Positions 51,607 through 64,000 of a stretch of DNA of 64,000 bases are shown piece by piece. Made by a program: the position numbers and the translations under genes. The notes beneath the pieces were generated by a model. The model was not told the DNA's origin. It did no database searches and was given only the letters and a program-made list of their open reading frames with translations. Where the stretch lies: NCBI RefSeq assembly GCF_009834535.1, contig NC_045696.1, forward strand, positions 113,834,001-113,898,000, in the 5' to 3' direction. The DNA comes from Camelus ferus. Taxonomy: Eukaryota. Each line of letters opens with the position of its first letter. Positions within the stretch are counted from its first letter, which is position 1.

Positions 51607-54600
51607 GACCTCACAGCGGTGGTGTCTTTATCACATCCAAGAGGTCCTTCCTCTGGTGCCCGGGGGTGGTAAGCGGGACCATGGGCAGAGCTGAGAGCAC
51701 TCAGAGAGGGGACAGACTGAGAAGGGAAGAGGGCCTGACACCTGATTTGTGGCCATGAGGAGGACGCTGGCTAGAAGGCTGCGCACCGGCCAGAGAGGTG
51801 GGGGGAGAACTGGAAAGCAGTGATGTGAATTACATGACAGCATTCACTAGGGCACAGACGTCGCAGGAGCTGCGGCGGCTTTTTAAATGCCGAATTTCAT
51901 TAGATCCTGACTGCTATGGCCATTTGTTACAATGCATTAGCAAATACATTAAATACTATACAAACAAGTACGGTGGAGGAAGTTTTTTCAAATCATGTTC
52001 CTCTTGGGGGAAAAAAGAAAACTCCAGCAAATTGTGCAAGAGTGGAGGGACCAGTAAGCAGTGAGCAGACTGCTCACTGGAGTCTGGAGGGCAGACTGGA
52101 GGGGGTATGGGCGGAGAAGAGAAAGATCTGGTGGCCAAGGTGTAAATTTACAAAATTCTACCTTTTTAAGGTCTTTTTTTTAGATTAAAAAAAAGCTTCG
52201 ATTTCAAAAGAAAGAAAGAAAAGAGAAAGAAAGCACGAAAGAAAAGAAAAAAAGGCTCGTACCACAAGCTTTTGTAAGGAGATACTATAGAAAAAACAGA
52301 AAACTCAACTCCCCGAGTAAGGCACTTGAGTTTAGTGTACTTAAAACTATACGTCACAGCAAAATTTCCTTCCTTACACACGGGAGGGCATGACAGTTCT
52401 TTAAAATGCTCTGTATGTCTTTGCAAACACCTAGGATCAGAAAACAGATCTTCCTTAACACTGAGAACTTATCACAAGGCTAAAGGTATGAAATAATGTC
52501 CACAGAAGCCACAGAGCTCTTAACATTTTAAAATTAATTCCACATATCTATCAGTCATAGAATTTAATTTCTTAAAATTTAGAAATGTTGTGGTATTCTC
52601 CTCCAGTTCATTAAGAACTTCTCTTTTAGTTTATTTAATTCAATGTAAAAAAAAAAAGAATCAATTCTGCCTAACCTTCACTTTGATTTCCTGTCTATTT
52701 CAGCCAATATTCCTAATCCTACTGTTACTAATGTTTAACGAGTTGTAACAAGACTCCAGGTCTTTATTAAAATATCCTTATGTTGTTCTTCTAACTCCCA
52801 GACAGGTTTTACTTTCAAAGCATGCATTACCCAGGCCACTTAAATCTAAAGCTATAATTAACAATATAAAAGTCATGGACCTAAAATCTAAATTTTAACT
52901 CACCACATGAACACTGGGGAACTTCAATTTAAATCACAAAGCAAGACTTTGTAACAACATTCTTAAAGTTCTTAAATAAACATGAAATACTCTTGGACAT
53001 GAGTGTCACAGCAGCAGCAGACACACGTAAGTGTTTCAGAGGAGCCAAGTGGAGGGTTTTATTCTCTGTTGTTGCTGTCAGTAATTAGACAACATGACAT
53101 ACTTAAAATCTTTAGCTCAAGATATTGCCTCCAGTGGTCAGCTGCCTTTCAAAAATAACAGCCCAAAGCTACACTGAAGATACTGTAACTTAAAAAAAGA
53201 GAATCCGCAGGTGTGTGTGTGTGGGGGGTGCTGCTCTGGCCACATGTTGGTATAACACAGCCATCTGCCTCCCTCCTGAGAGATGATGGCACGTCCCCAA
53301 CACATTAAGCTTTCCTTCCCCAATTCTCAGACTTAGGCTGGAGGAAGTGGATGGTGTTCCAACAATTCTAATTCACTGACAGGCATGACAGTGACCTGTC
53401 AATTGCAGAGTGGATTTCGTTTTCATTTGATGCTTCCAAATACCCAACTGACACAGAGTCAGGCCAAGTGACTCCAGAGGTTTGAGAGGTGACCCCAAAA
53501 CCCCAGCACTGCTACCCCAGAGCTCAGTCCACACAATCCACGTCTCCTTGGAATTCTAACTAAAAGTCAGCAGCAAGGGGTTTTTAAAAGCTTCTAGGTG
53601 TTTCAAATTTTCTCTGCTTGTTTCAGCAGACTCCTTGCCCACCCAGTCTCAGGGTTTAAATATCAAATTCTGGGGAGAGCAGGAAAGGAACTGGAAGGGG
53701 GGGGGGGACACAAAATGGCAGGAGACACCTTCCAACAAAATCCAAGTCAAACGGTAACTCACCTCTTTACAGTTACTTAATATCTGAGAACCATTCTTCT
53801 AAAAGTGAAATTTGTAAGTCACATACAAATCAACTTTAACTAGACTGAAACGTTCAGGCTGCTCTTACTTTACCCTTTATCTCATTATCTCACCTAACAG
53901 CTCTGGATTTCAAAGCTCTGACAGATTTGTCTGGCTGGCATGATCTGTGACCACTTCCTTTTTATCAAGAAATACAGTTTTCTCTTTTGATGTTCAAATA
54001 TTTCTGTTCACACAGTATGAACCCTTGGCCTGTTTAGACTTTGAGGTACAAATGTTAACAGGGAGCTACTGCAGGTCATTATTTTACAGCTTACTAGGTA
54101 TTTATTAAAAAAGATAAGCATGTCTCGGATTAATAAATACAGCTTTTCCAGCTCCACTGGTGGCTCATTCAGATAAACTGCTGAGATCAGGTAGGCATTA
54201 AGGCCGTGGGCGCTCAGACTGTGCAGGTGAAACACAGGTTGGGCAGGTCACCTGGAGCCACAGTACTTGAGTTACACATCTGGATTATAGGATGGGGGTG
54301 TGTAAGACAATGCATTTTGGCTGAAGATGCTAATCTACCAAAACTCGTTAAAATAAAAGTATATCTTTTCCATGTTCAAAAGTTGGCGTCATGTGCTGGG
54401 GGCTGCAAACTGCCTGAGGGGAGGGGTGGAGACAGCTGCTAAGAGGAGAGGCTGCAGAATCTTCACTGGAAGGGTGTGTGTAACTCATTCCAGATCTCCC
54501 AAGGTTTCCTCTCAACATCTTGGGAGCATTAGCGGCTTTAGGCAGCTGGCCAGCACTAGGGCTCACTAAAAATTCTAATTTCACATCCCAGATCTACCTT

Positions 54601-55634
54601 AATCCTAACATTTATCCATGAGAATCCCTAGCATCATTCCAGGGTTTAGACCCTGGGGAGGGGTGCCCCGGAGTCTGGCAGCATCTCCTGGCACAGGTGC
54701 TATGAAGCACACTCTGTATGCCTCTAGTCCTTGGATTCCTGCCTCTGCCAAGTGACAATACATGATGACCAGTCAGGAAGGGGTTCAGGCACGTGGCTTC
54801 CTTCTGCAGTGCGCATCAGGGGACAGGGTCTCTTACTACCCACAAAAGTACCCTATAAAAATAACAGGTCGGGTTTTTTTTTAAATCACATATAAAAAGA
54901 AAACATCACCACAAACTCAATGTCAAGAAATAGAAAATACTTCTGTCTGCCTCTTTATAAGTCTGAGTTCTTCTAAATCTTGTGCTCTAATCAGATCGCC
55001 TTGTTGATGAAAATAATTTGACACTCTGGGAACAAATCTAATAATATTCATGTTTCTCTTAAAATAAAGACAAGAATAGTTAAGAAATGTGTGGTGGGGT
55101 GAGTATTCAAACATACTTGCAAAGGAGCTACAAACATTACAAAAATACTGAGATGTGGTAGTCAGGAAACCCGGAGCTCTGGTGGTAAATCTGGCAATCA
55201 GAAACCCACAATCATTCTGATTCTTTTATGGTTTCGATCTGAGTACAACTGAAACCAAATATTTCAACTCATGAACTACGTTACGCTTCTCTTTTCCATT
55301 TACATGGGGGATAGACCACATGCACAATACCGAATTTCATAAATATTTCAAGAATATATCAAGTTCATGATGCATAAAATATAATGAAAAGGAAAATGTT
55401 AATACTTTAAATATTTTCAAGTAAAAAGCACAAGACTAAGGGCTGGGTGACTGCCTGTCCCTGGGCTGTGAAATTTACTTAGGACCAGCTAAGGAAAGAT
55501 CAAAATTGTACAACTACTCAAAGTGCCTGACATGTACGTTGAGGTTTGTCCCTTTTAATTCAAACCTTTTCAAACAAAGAATTTGTAATTCCAGAGAGAA
55601 GACAGGAACGTATTATCTAATTTTGAGTGCGGCT

Positions 55635-56010
55635 TCTGCCAATCTCTTGTTCAAACCTTCCACAGGCTCCTAAATGTCTACAGAAAAAAGCCCGTGTTCT
55701 GCTTCTGGTCCCCTAAATCCTCCATGATTTGGGGTGCTTTGCTTCCATTTTATTTCCTCCTGCTGTAGAATGAGGAAGCCTTTTTTTCTAGACAAGCTGA
55801 ATTCCCGGACCCTGCCCACTCTGTGCCTCTACCTGTGCTTGTTCTAAAGGTGCCTGGAACACTCTTCCTGCTTCTCTCTGCTCATGTCCTCCCTGCATCC
55901 ATTTTAAGTGCTTTAGGAGAACCTGTATTGGATCATGTTTGTGCTCCACAATCTTGGCTCAGAGACGGGCATGAAACGATGCTCTTCAAATGTCTGTTGA
56001 ATTACACTGA
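55635..56010 (+). mobile_element. L2 3' relic
   Basis: tgttcaaaccttccacaggctcc...gtgcctggaacactcttcc...aaatgtctgttgaatt. Confidence 0.55.
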
Positions 56011-56969
56011 GTCTGTAACTGACTTAAGACCCCCTAAGCAGTACACCCCACACTACTCCAACTGGACCATTTCCGGTAACTGATCTCTGCAGTCACTGCG
56101 CTTACACTGCGATCACTGCCCACTGGTTCTTCCCAAGCATCGCTCTGAACCTGTGGATGGAGAACACTGTGAACGTGCCCCTGCGAGGGCATCCCCCGCT
56201 CAGACGGCCACGGCAGCCCAGGCAGGAGACAGAGGCTATCGACATGATCTTATAGAGAAGAACACCAAGAATCAGAAAGATGCAATGATGTGTCTGGAAT
56301 CTCCATCTACCAGCTCAGGGATAAAGAGCGGAGGAGTCCCAGAACGTATAATCAGATTGGCACTGGAGAGACTGGCAAAGAAGCCCTGAGCAATGGACCT
56401 CCTCTCTTCTCCAGGCTCTTTTAGACTCAGCCAGCTCCTGGGATGCACACACTGTGCGCTTCTTCCCATGTGGTTTGGAATGGAACCCACAGTATTTCCA
56501 AGAGAGCCGTACCTTTCTCAGTCTTCATGGTTCTTTAAACAATAGATGTTTAAATAGCATTTGATGAATGAATAGACAAATTAACAAATAAAAAAGGATG
56601 GCTTTCAAACTCACTGAGTTCATGGCATCTCTTGGAGTGTTTCTTGTAAGTGGTCATCCGTCCACTGTGTAGGGCACAATGCTGCTAGGACCCAGAGAGG
56701 CAGGACCACTGCTACTGGGAGAACATACATGCAGTTTATGACACAAGGAAGGCTGAGGTCAGTATTGTGGGAGAAGAACCAGAAGAGCCATGGAAATCCA
56801 AAGAAGGAAGACGGTGTGGTGTCTGCGGGAAACAGGCAAATCCCTATATAGACACGATGACGTTCAACTCCGCCCTCACAAGGAAGGTTCTTGTGGTGAC
56901 TCAGGGCCTTAAGGACTTCTCCTCTTTCTGGACGCCTATGGCATTAATGGCTTAGTTACCTCTTCAGCC

Positions 56970-57180
56970 TTAATGATGATGATGATTAGAAACTGTCTTC
57001 ACCAAGTGCTCGCTGTGTACTGGGGATTCCGATCATTCGCGCTTGACCTGTACCGATGCACTTAACTCTCACAGCCTCGTCTATTACAACAGTCTCATTT
57101 TACAGATTAGCAAATCGTGGCACAGAAAAGTAAATATCTTGGGGAAATCACACAGGGAGTCAGAGGTGGACCTTGGAACC
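56970..57180 (-). mobile_element. MIR
   Basis: ctcattttacagattagcaaatcgtggcacagaaaagtaaat. Confidence 0.6.
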
Positions 57181-57817
57181 ACTGTGCATGGAACAAAAGG
57201 GTCTGTTCGGGGCAGGGCGGTCCAGGATGACACTTGGGAAGCAGCCTGAGAGGAGAGAGAGAACCAGATGTGGCAGGAGCAGCAGGAGAGATCCCCGAGG
57301 TGGGAAATGCCTGGTCCAGTTGTGAAGTAGAAAGAAGGCAAGGCCGATGTGGCCAGAGTGAGGGAGGGAGAGGGAACAGCAGAGGAGGGGCTGCAGAGCG
57401 GGGCAGGGGCCGGCTCAGGATGGGCTCGTGGCCCTGAGTACAGAGTTCAACGTGCACTCATCTCCCTTTATGCTGTGCAACCCTGTGTCCTGCTCTCCAG
57501 GGTTAGAGACTCACTGGGAGAACCATCTCTTACGTTTTTACATTACTTCTTGCAGCATCCAGCCCAGAGGATAAGAAATAGGACGGTGTCACCGTGTGCA
57601 AGAGCAGCTGAAAAGGTCTAAGGGAGGAGGTGCAATTGAGAAAGGGGGCATTCCAGACTCAGGGATGCCAGCTGCCCGGCTGCAGAGGGAAGGCAGAAAA
57701 GTTCTAAGAACAATGGAACATGGGGAAACAAGATTTTGTTTGGGGAAGTGAGGGTAGAATTTTTGAAGAAAAACTTTTCTCTGGGAGGAAGAAAACTAAA
57801 TCAAGATACAATTAGAA

Positions 57818-58005
57818 AACAACAAGTTTCTACTGTAGAGCACAGGGAACTCTATTCAATACCTTGTAGTAACCTATAATGAAAAAGAATATGGAAAGGA
57901 ACACATGTATGTGTATGTATGACTGATGCATTATGCTGCACACCAGAAACTGACACAATACTGTAAAGCGACCATACTTCAATAATTGAAAAAAAAAAAA
58001 AAAAA
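57818..58005 (+). mobile_element. Young L1 3' end with long poly(A)
   Basis: Perfect 15-bp TSD aagatacaattagaa (57803-57817 / 58006-58020). Confidence 0.93.
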
Positions 58006-58267
58006 AAGATACAATTAGAATTCACACTTGGATTTCCTTTAAGAGGGAAATAAGTCCTCAAATTCTTTCCCAAATGGAAGTGTTCTAGTATTTTTATGAG
58101 GATCCAACAGATACCACAGTGTATAGAGTCCTAAGAAAACATGACTAAAAAATACCCAGAGAAAGTACTTAATTACTAATAAAATATTAACAGGTGATCC
58201 CACAAGGGGAGGCTATCCCATGCCACAGCGGAATAATCATGGGCATGGATCAGAAAGTCCACAATTA

Positions 58268-58443
58268 GGGGGAGGGTATAGCTCAGTGGTAGAGCACATG
58301 CTTAGCAAGCACGAGGTCCTGGGTTCAATCCCCAGTGCCTCCATGAAAACAGTAAGAATTTTAAAAATTAAAAAAATAAAAAATAAACAAACCACTCCCT
58401 CAAACAAACAAAAAAATCCTTAAAAGTAAAAAAAAAGAAAGAA
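58268..58443 (+). mobile_element. Vic-type tRNA-Ala SINE with intact Pol III A and B boxes
   Basis: A box tagctcagtgg and B box ggttcaatcc; TSD agaaag(t/c)ccacaattag (58252-58268 / 58444-58460). Confidence 0.93.
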
Positions 58444-58884
58444 AGAAAGCCCACAATTAGAATCTGCGTTTAGCCCCCCCTGTGGCGTAAAGTCCTAGAA
58501 GCAAGGTTCAGTGTTAGGTGATGCTCTGACATGCGGTAAAACCAGAAAGGCCTTGAATAGCCTGTCAGTTGCCCTCCCATCCTGCCCTGGGGATGCCGGC
58601 CCAGCCCTCGGTATCAAAGGGCTCAGGTGCATTCCCACCTACCCATGATCCGAACAAGCCAATCACATCCTCCCGTGTGGAGCAGGGGGTACCACAAAGC
58701 CTGCCTCCCACAGTCTCTGGCTGTCCACCATTCACAAGGGCAGCTCCCCTGTGGCCCTGTGTGGCCCGCAGTGTCTTCGCCCAGAGCTGCCAATCTCATC
58801 CTTCACATGTCAGGTGTTGTGTGTTCAGCCATCCCATAACCCCACGGCAGGAATCTTTTTCTCATCAGAAGGGTGAAGAGGTGA

Positions 58885-59010
58885 TCAAAATAGCCACTTA
58901 CTGGATGTGTGACTGAGGCCTCAGGCTAAGTCACTAAACTTTCACCTCCAAGCCTTTTAGTCTGTGAAAGAAGATTAACAGTGTGCACCTTACACGCTAT
59001 TGTGAGCACT
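58885..59010 (+). mobile_element. MIR
   Basis: gccacttactggatgtgtgact...taagtcactaaac...gtctgtgaaa. Confidence 0.55.
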
Positions 59011-59960
59011 GTGTCCTGCAGTCAGGGCGAGACTTGGGGTGGAGTCTAAGCCTGCCCCCACCCTGTCACCTCCTCAGTGTCACCACGACTGACTTAAAAC
59101 CAAAGTGAAAATTAATAATTGAGTTGGAAACAATAGGTGGGGACATAAATGACAGATTGGCCAGATTTGGTTAAAACTCAATCTGGCTTGTTAGCAATAA
59201 TAACATTTCAATTCCAGCTACCACAAAAAGAACTACAATGAAAATTTACAAGAGTTTTGCGCAAATAATGAAAGTAGACATGAAACCAAGAGCACTTGCA
59301 AGATACTGAACAGTAGTTCAACTGTATTTTGCGTGAATCTTGATATACAAATAATGCAGTAATTTATAGTGGTAAAAAGCTTTTCAACGAGCTAACATTC
59401 TGTGTGCAAATGCGTTATTTTTAAACAAATGAAAAATCTGGTTGCTTCAGATAAGAGACAAGGGGAAAAATGGAGCTAATAAAGCTTCACTCTGCTGGAA
59501 TTTCCTTTTCTTCAGATTTTTCCTTCTTTATCACATCCCACCTTGTTTAAACACAGACCCCAAGGCATACATGTTTCCTGCCTTTCAATTTTTATGTAAT
59601 GACATAATCTATACAAGCGTGTGTATTTGGAGAGGAGGAAAATTATAAATATACTTTATACATACACTCATAGATAAATGAAATTTTAGAGCTATAAAAA
59701 AGACGGAGGATGAGGCTTCTAAAATAGTGAAGATCCTTTTGGACACAGAGGGTGCTCATTTTGAGGTATCCTTTTTTGGACTAAGAAGTTGCTGACTTTA
59801 GGTTTTGGCTAGTTTAGTAGAGCTGATTAGTAATTGTCTCATTTGGGGGATGTAAATTTTATTCCCTTCAGAATTCTAGTTGGATATTGAAATATTACTT
59901 ATTATTATAAAGTCTAAGATACCATGTTATGCTACTCAGCAAGCAACTGAATGGCATCTT

Positions 59961-60190
59961 TTTAAAAACAACTTTATTGTAGGATAATTTCTGTATAGTA
60001 AACTACACATATTTCAGAGGTACAATTTGATGAATTTTGATAGATGTGTATATATATCCATGAAACCACCACCACAATCAAAATACCTAACATTTCCATC
60101 ACTCCCCAAGAGGTATAAATTTCGAACTTCCCAATTTACCCCTTCCCACTCCCTTTAGCTCCCGGTGACCACAAGTCTGTTCTCTTTCTG
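59961..60190 (-). mobile_element. Composite L1 3' fragment (old L1M-type end plus a young-family piece)
   Basis: 59961-60108 resembles an old L1M 3' end; 60115-60190 resembles the young family at 17410-17480; TSD tgaatg(g/c)catctt (59948-59960 / 60191-60203). Confidence 0.7.
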
Positions 60191-61149
60191 TGAATGCCAT
60201 CTTGAGATATTTTTAATGTATCCTTTTCAACATAGCTCCTGGGCTACCACATTCAATACACATTTAAGCATGAGCCTAAAGTAGACTGACTGTTAATATG
60301 TTACAAGGAATTTGTACAGTGATAGAGCTTGTAATAAAATAAGCAGGACACCCACTACTAATACGTTACAGTTATGCTGATCTCAAAAACATTAACTTTT
60401 ACTCAAACAGCAGCAGTATTCTGTCCAGTCTATTAGCTTCAGACAATGCATATTAGCTACAGACCATTGGAAATCTTTATATGTTCAAAGAAAATGGTTT
60501 TTGCTGTATTACAGATAGTTACATATAACATTGATGGTTTATCTTAAATGCAAATGACAAAAAAAGACAAAGCTCTCTTTTACTCTTACAAACAAGGTAG
60601 CTTAAAAATTTATCAGAAATTTTTATTTTTTGCTTCCATTTTATCACCTATTCATTTATCATATGAATAGGGTATCTGGTAAAGGCATCAAAAGCTGAAA
60701 ATACATAATGTTTAGTATTTTCAGTTGCAGCATAATCAAGAATCTCTTTATCCTAAAATCAAACAATGTCTGTTTTTACAGGACCACACATAAGGTTTAT
60801 TATTTCATTATGAACTGTAAGAAAAAAGTAGCAGAAAAGAAGTCTGTATGTTACTGTTATCTAGAAATGAGTCCATATGTAACCACATCCCTATAGGGTG
60901 AGACAGGGGGAGGACTATTCAAAGTATTGAAGTCATCTTTAATTGAATATGAAATATTCAAAAATAAGGAAACTACTACTAAATTGGGACAGAATAATAG
61001 GAAGCATTATTCTCAAATACTACACTTGTTGGGGAAAGAAAGTAAAGAGGAAAGGAGACTGTGTCAGAGCTGTGCAGAGATTTACGGTTTCAATTTACTA
61101 ACACAAAGGTAAAACTGGTACCTTGCGTTATGCAGTTGTACAATAAAAA

Positions 61150-61950
61150 GCCTTCTAGATATTTAATTAGAATCTGGTGAGATAATTTTTAATGTTATAA
61201 AAAAAAGTCTGTTTAAAGTCCAATGTGATAATCATTTTTGGAAATTTGCGTTTAAACGCGGGTATCATTTGTTGTAATTCTTGGCTTCTCCTTTTATTCC
61301 ACCTTTCAATTATTAAACAGGAAGAGTATTCATTCAAATAAACATTCAAATAAACGGTAATTTGCACTTTATGGCACCTTTCAGTCCACAATCTTACAGC
61401 ATTAATTAATTAAGAAGGTACTACTTATCCTAAATGAGGGTAATCAGAATTAAGAAAGGCAAAGACTCGTGCTTTTTTTTTTTCTCTACACATAACATTT
61501 TGTAATTTGAAACTGCTTGTGATATAATGACTGTATTTGATCAAACTGAGAGAAAATGCTACAGAAATTACTGAAAAGCCGATTTCTGGGCATAGCTGCA
61601 GAACATTTATCCAAATTTCCTGGACTGAAAGTTGTGTGTTTCCATGTGACCACGATTAGTGGTATAGGGTTTACCTACGTGCTTTCCAGTTAAGGTATTC
61701 GATATAAAGGTGGTCCTACATGAATTGTTCGTAAGAGCCTATTTAGTAATTGTACATCATAACCTTCCGATTATTTATCAGCTTGCACTACAGTATGTGG
61801 GCCAACTTGGCCACAGTCTTATTGAAAATATTTTGAATTACATTTAATCCCTAAATATTGAGGTTTTATTTTCAAGAAGCATCACATAACTGCATTTCTG
61901 TAATGTCACTATTTACGACAACAAAATAACCAAACTCAGGCCCTTAACCT
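61150..61950. promoter_or_regulatory. Candidate conserved non-coding element/enhancer
   Basis: AT-rich and repeat-free yet retains CpGs; palindrome gcgtttaaacgc, tandem forkhead-like aaataaac, tttatgg, ttaattaattaa. Confidence 0.4.
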
Positions 61951-62601
61951 CCAGTTTGCAGGGCTTAGTAATTCAAATAAATGAATACTACCTGAGCACA
62001 GGAAGGTTTTTCTCTTTATAGTGGTTATTACAAAAAAGGGGTTTTCAGAGACTAAAAATCTGTTTATACTGTTTTACTGTCCCTGCAAAACTCATTTAAG
62101 AAGCCATCCAAAGATATGTCAGGAATGGTAATAAATCTGTAAAGTCCACATGCGACTCTTAAGATAGCTCTATTAAGTGTAATGTTATCTAAGAAAAGGA
62201 CAATATAATTAACAGCTCAAGAGAAATCAGAGAATTTTTAATGGTTACAATCTATCCATAGTAAGCATATCACACTGGACTCACACCATCTCCCAAGAAG
62301 AACAAAAATTGGAGACCACATATGTTATTAAGTAAAGGAAAAATCTTAACAGGAAAAAAGCAAAAAAAAAAAAAAAAAAAAAACCCAAAAAACCAAAAAA
62401 ACCCAAAACACCAAACAAAAAAAACACTAATGGTCTGATTATTCAAATTTTAAAATCTATTAAGTTATGCTATCGAATACCTTTCATATAGTGAGCTCAC
62501 AAACAAAATTTGCTGATTTCCTTTTAAACTGTAAAAACCAATTTTCCTCCACATTGGACTCAACTTATATACTCCAAAAAGCATGATTCTTTGGTGAAGA
62601 G

Positions 62602-62820
62602 CAGTGGTTTTCAAATAGTGCTGTTTTAAGTTATTTCAAGGACTCTCCCTTTTCGCTACCCTTTCTCAGAGGAGGAGGGGCTATTTTAGTGAGGATTCAG
62701 CCATGTATTCCTACCCCAAATGGAGCAGCCCAGCTTTTACATGTGCTGGAGTTTGGGATCAATTCTGTCTGGACAAAGAGTTCTGCAGCTTAAAAAAGAA
62801 CCTCACACCCAAAAACACTG
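62602..62820. mobile_element. hAT MITE-like relic
   Basis: Termini cagtggttttcaaa ... aaaaacactg. Confidence 0.45.
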
Positions 62821-64000
62821 TAAACAATTTACAAGCTGATTTTTATCTCCTTTTTTCTGCATTTCCCTCACCCACCACCGCCCCACGTATACTAACATTT
62901 CCTACCCTTCAGATCCAGAGTGGGTAAGAGTGAGGGCAGGAGGTGGGAAAGGGCTGGGGGAAGAAAAGGAAGAGAGGGCATTGCTGTTTAAGCTCCTCGT
63001 TAGATGTCAGCATTCTACCGAAGGGGAGGACGCACTGACCGGGAGGCGGAAGGCATTTGAGCAGCTTCAGAGGTGGGGCTCTATGTGAACAAAATTTGTT
63101 TTCAGGAGCACGTGTCAGTGTCAGTGTCACTTCAGGACCGGAGGGGCCCCACTACCACATGTGCTCTTTGTCCTCGCTTAACAAGAGTGGCCACAGTGAC
63201 AGTGAGGACACCAGTGCTTCTAGAACGCCAGGCAAGAGGGCTGTCATTATCTTTGTTCCCACATCCATGGTTGCTGATAAGAGTAACAAAACAGTCACAT
63301 CACTATGGATTATTTTCTTTCAAAAAACTGTAAAGGAAACCTAATTCCATTAATGCAGTAACAGTGGCCAGTGTTCTCAAATTGCCTTTTCAATGCCTCA
63401 CAAGTTCCTGGAAATGTATCAAAATTCTATTAGCATGTAAAACCCTCCGATTAATTCACAAGGCTCTACTGAACATCTTTCCCACAGTGTTTAGACAATA
63501 TATTTAATTCCTATAATGATATAAAAAAAAGTTGGCTAATATATTAAAACATCTATGAAGATTTGGAATTCAGTTAGAAAGTTTCTGGATGATTCTTAAA
63601 CTATATAGTATTTGGGTCTTTTTTCCTTTTCATCACCAAAGAAATTAGATTCTTTTTTAGACAAGAAGGCTTTTTTTATTTTAGTTTTAATAACCAAATT
63701 TTGCTTTCCTCTTCTTACACAAAGAAAAGGTATATTCTTATGGTAATTTATTTGTGAGGATGGAGACAGAGGAAGGAGAAAGAGGAGCAATAATCTAGAG
63801 GGAAAAAGCACACCCTTTGCTAAAATGGAATAAATGGATTTAGTGTCTCCTGTGAGAACATGATATACAGATGTGAAAGTTAAAGTATTCAAATAATGAT
63901 AATTTTTTTTCATTAAAAGATGAAATAGGCACCTTAGGATCTGTTTGTTCTCCACTGCTCATCAGTAATACCCACCTGTTATACACAACACAAAAAAAAA

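Noticed and set aside
1939..58443. Ten tRNA-Ala(AGC)-like sequences as real tRNA genes
   Set aside because: They have 5' extensions, A-rich tails, TSDs in most copies, scattered stem-breaking mutations and no adjacent T-run terminator, so they are SINEs.
1..64000. CRISPR arrays, prokaryotic systems, NUMTs, non-retroviral viral insertions
   Set aside because: No regularly spaced repeats, operon-like ORFs, mitochondrial-like or viral-like translations were seen.

Overview
Mammalian, repeat-rich, essentially non-coding DNA. It is very probably from a camelid (camel/alpaca/vicuna), because ten copies of a tRNA-Ala(AGC)-derived SINE match the camelid Vic-type family as I recall it. I cannot recognise any exon of a functional protein-coding gene. 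The window looks like a long intron or gene desert, with weak hints of a minus-strand host transcript. Main contents: (1) a full-length, TSD-flanked processed RPL9 retrocopy (minus strand) with an uninterrupted but diverged ORF and a striking A>G excess; (2) a decayed ERVL pro-pol segment with an LTR16/LTR33-like 3' LTR; (3) many 5'-truncated L1s, including two twin-primed inversions, short 3'-transduction-like tails and two apparent chimeric insertions; (4) ancient MIR, L2 and hAT-Charlie (MER3, MER33, MER20B-like) relics; (5) a ~230-bp (CAY)n repeat; (6) several repeat-free, motif-dense blocks that are candidate conserved enhancers. Repeat family names and reference proteins are from memory, boundaries are approximate, and nothing was database-checked. 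I found no convincing novel biological system.
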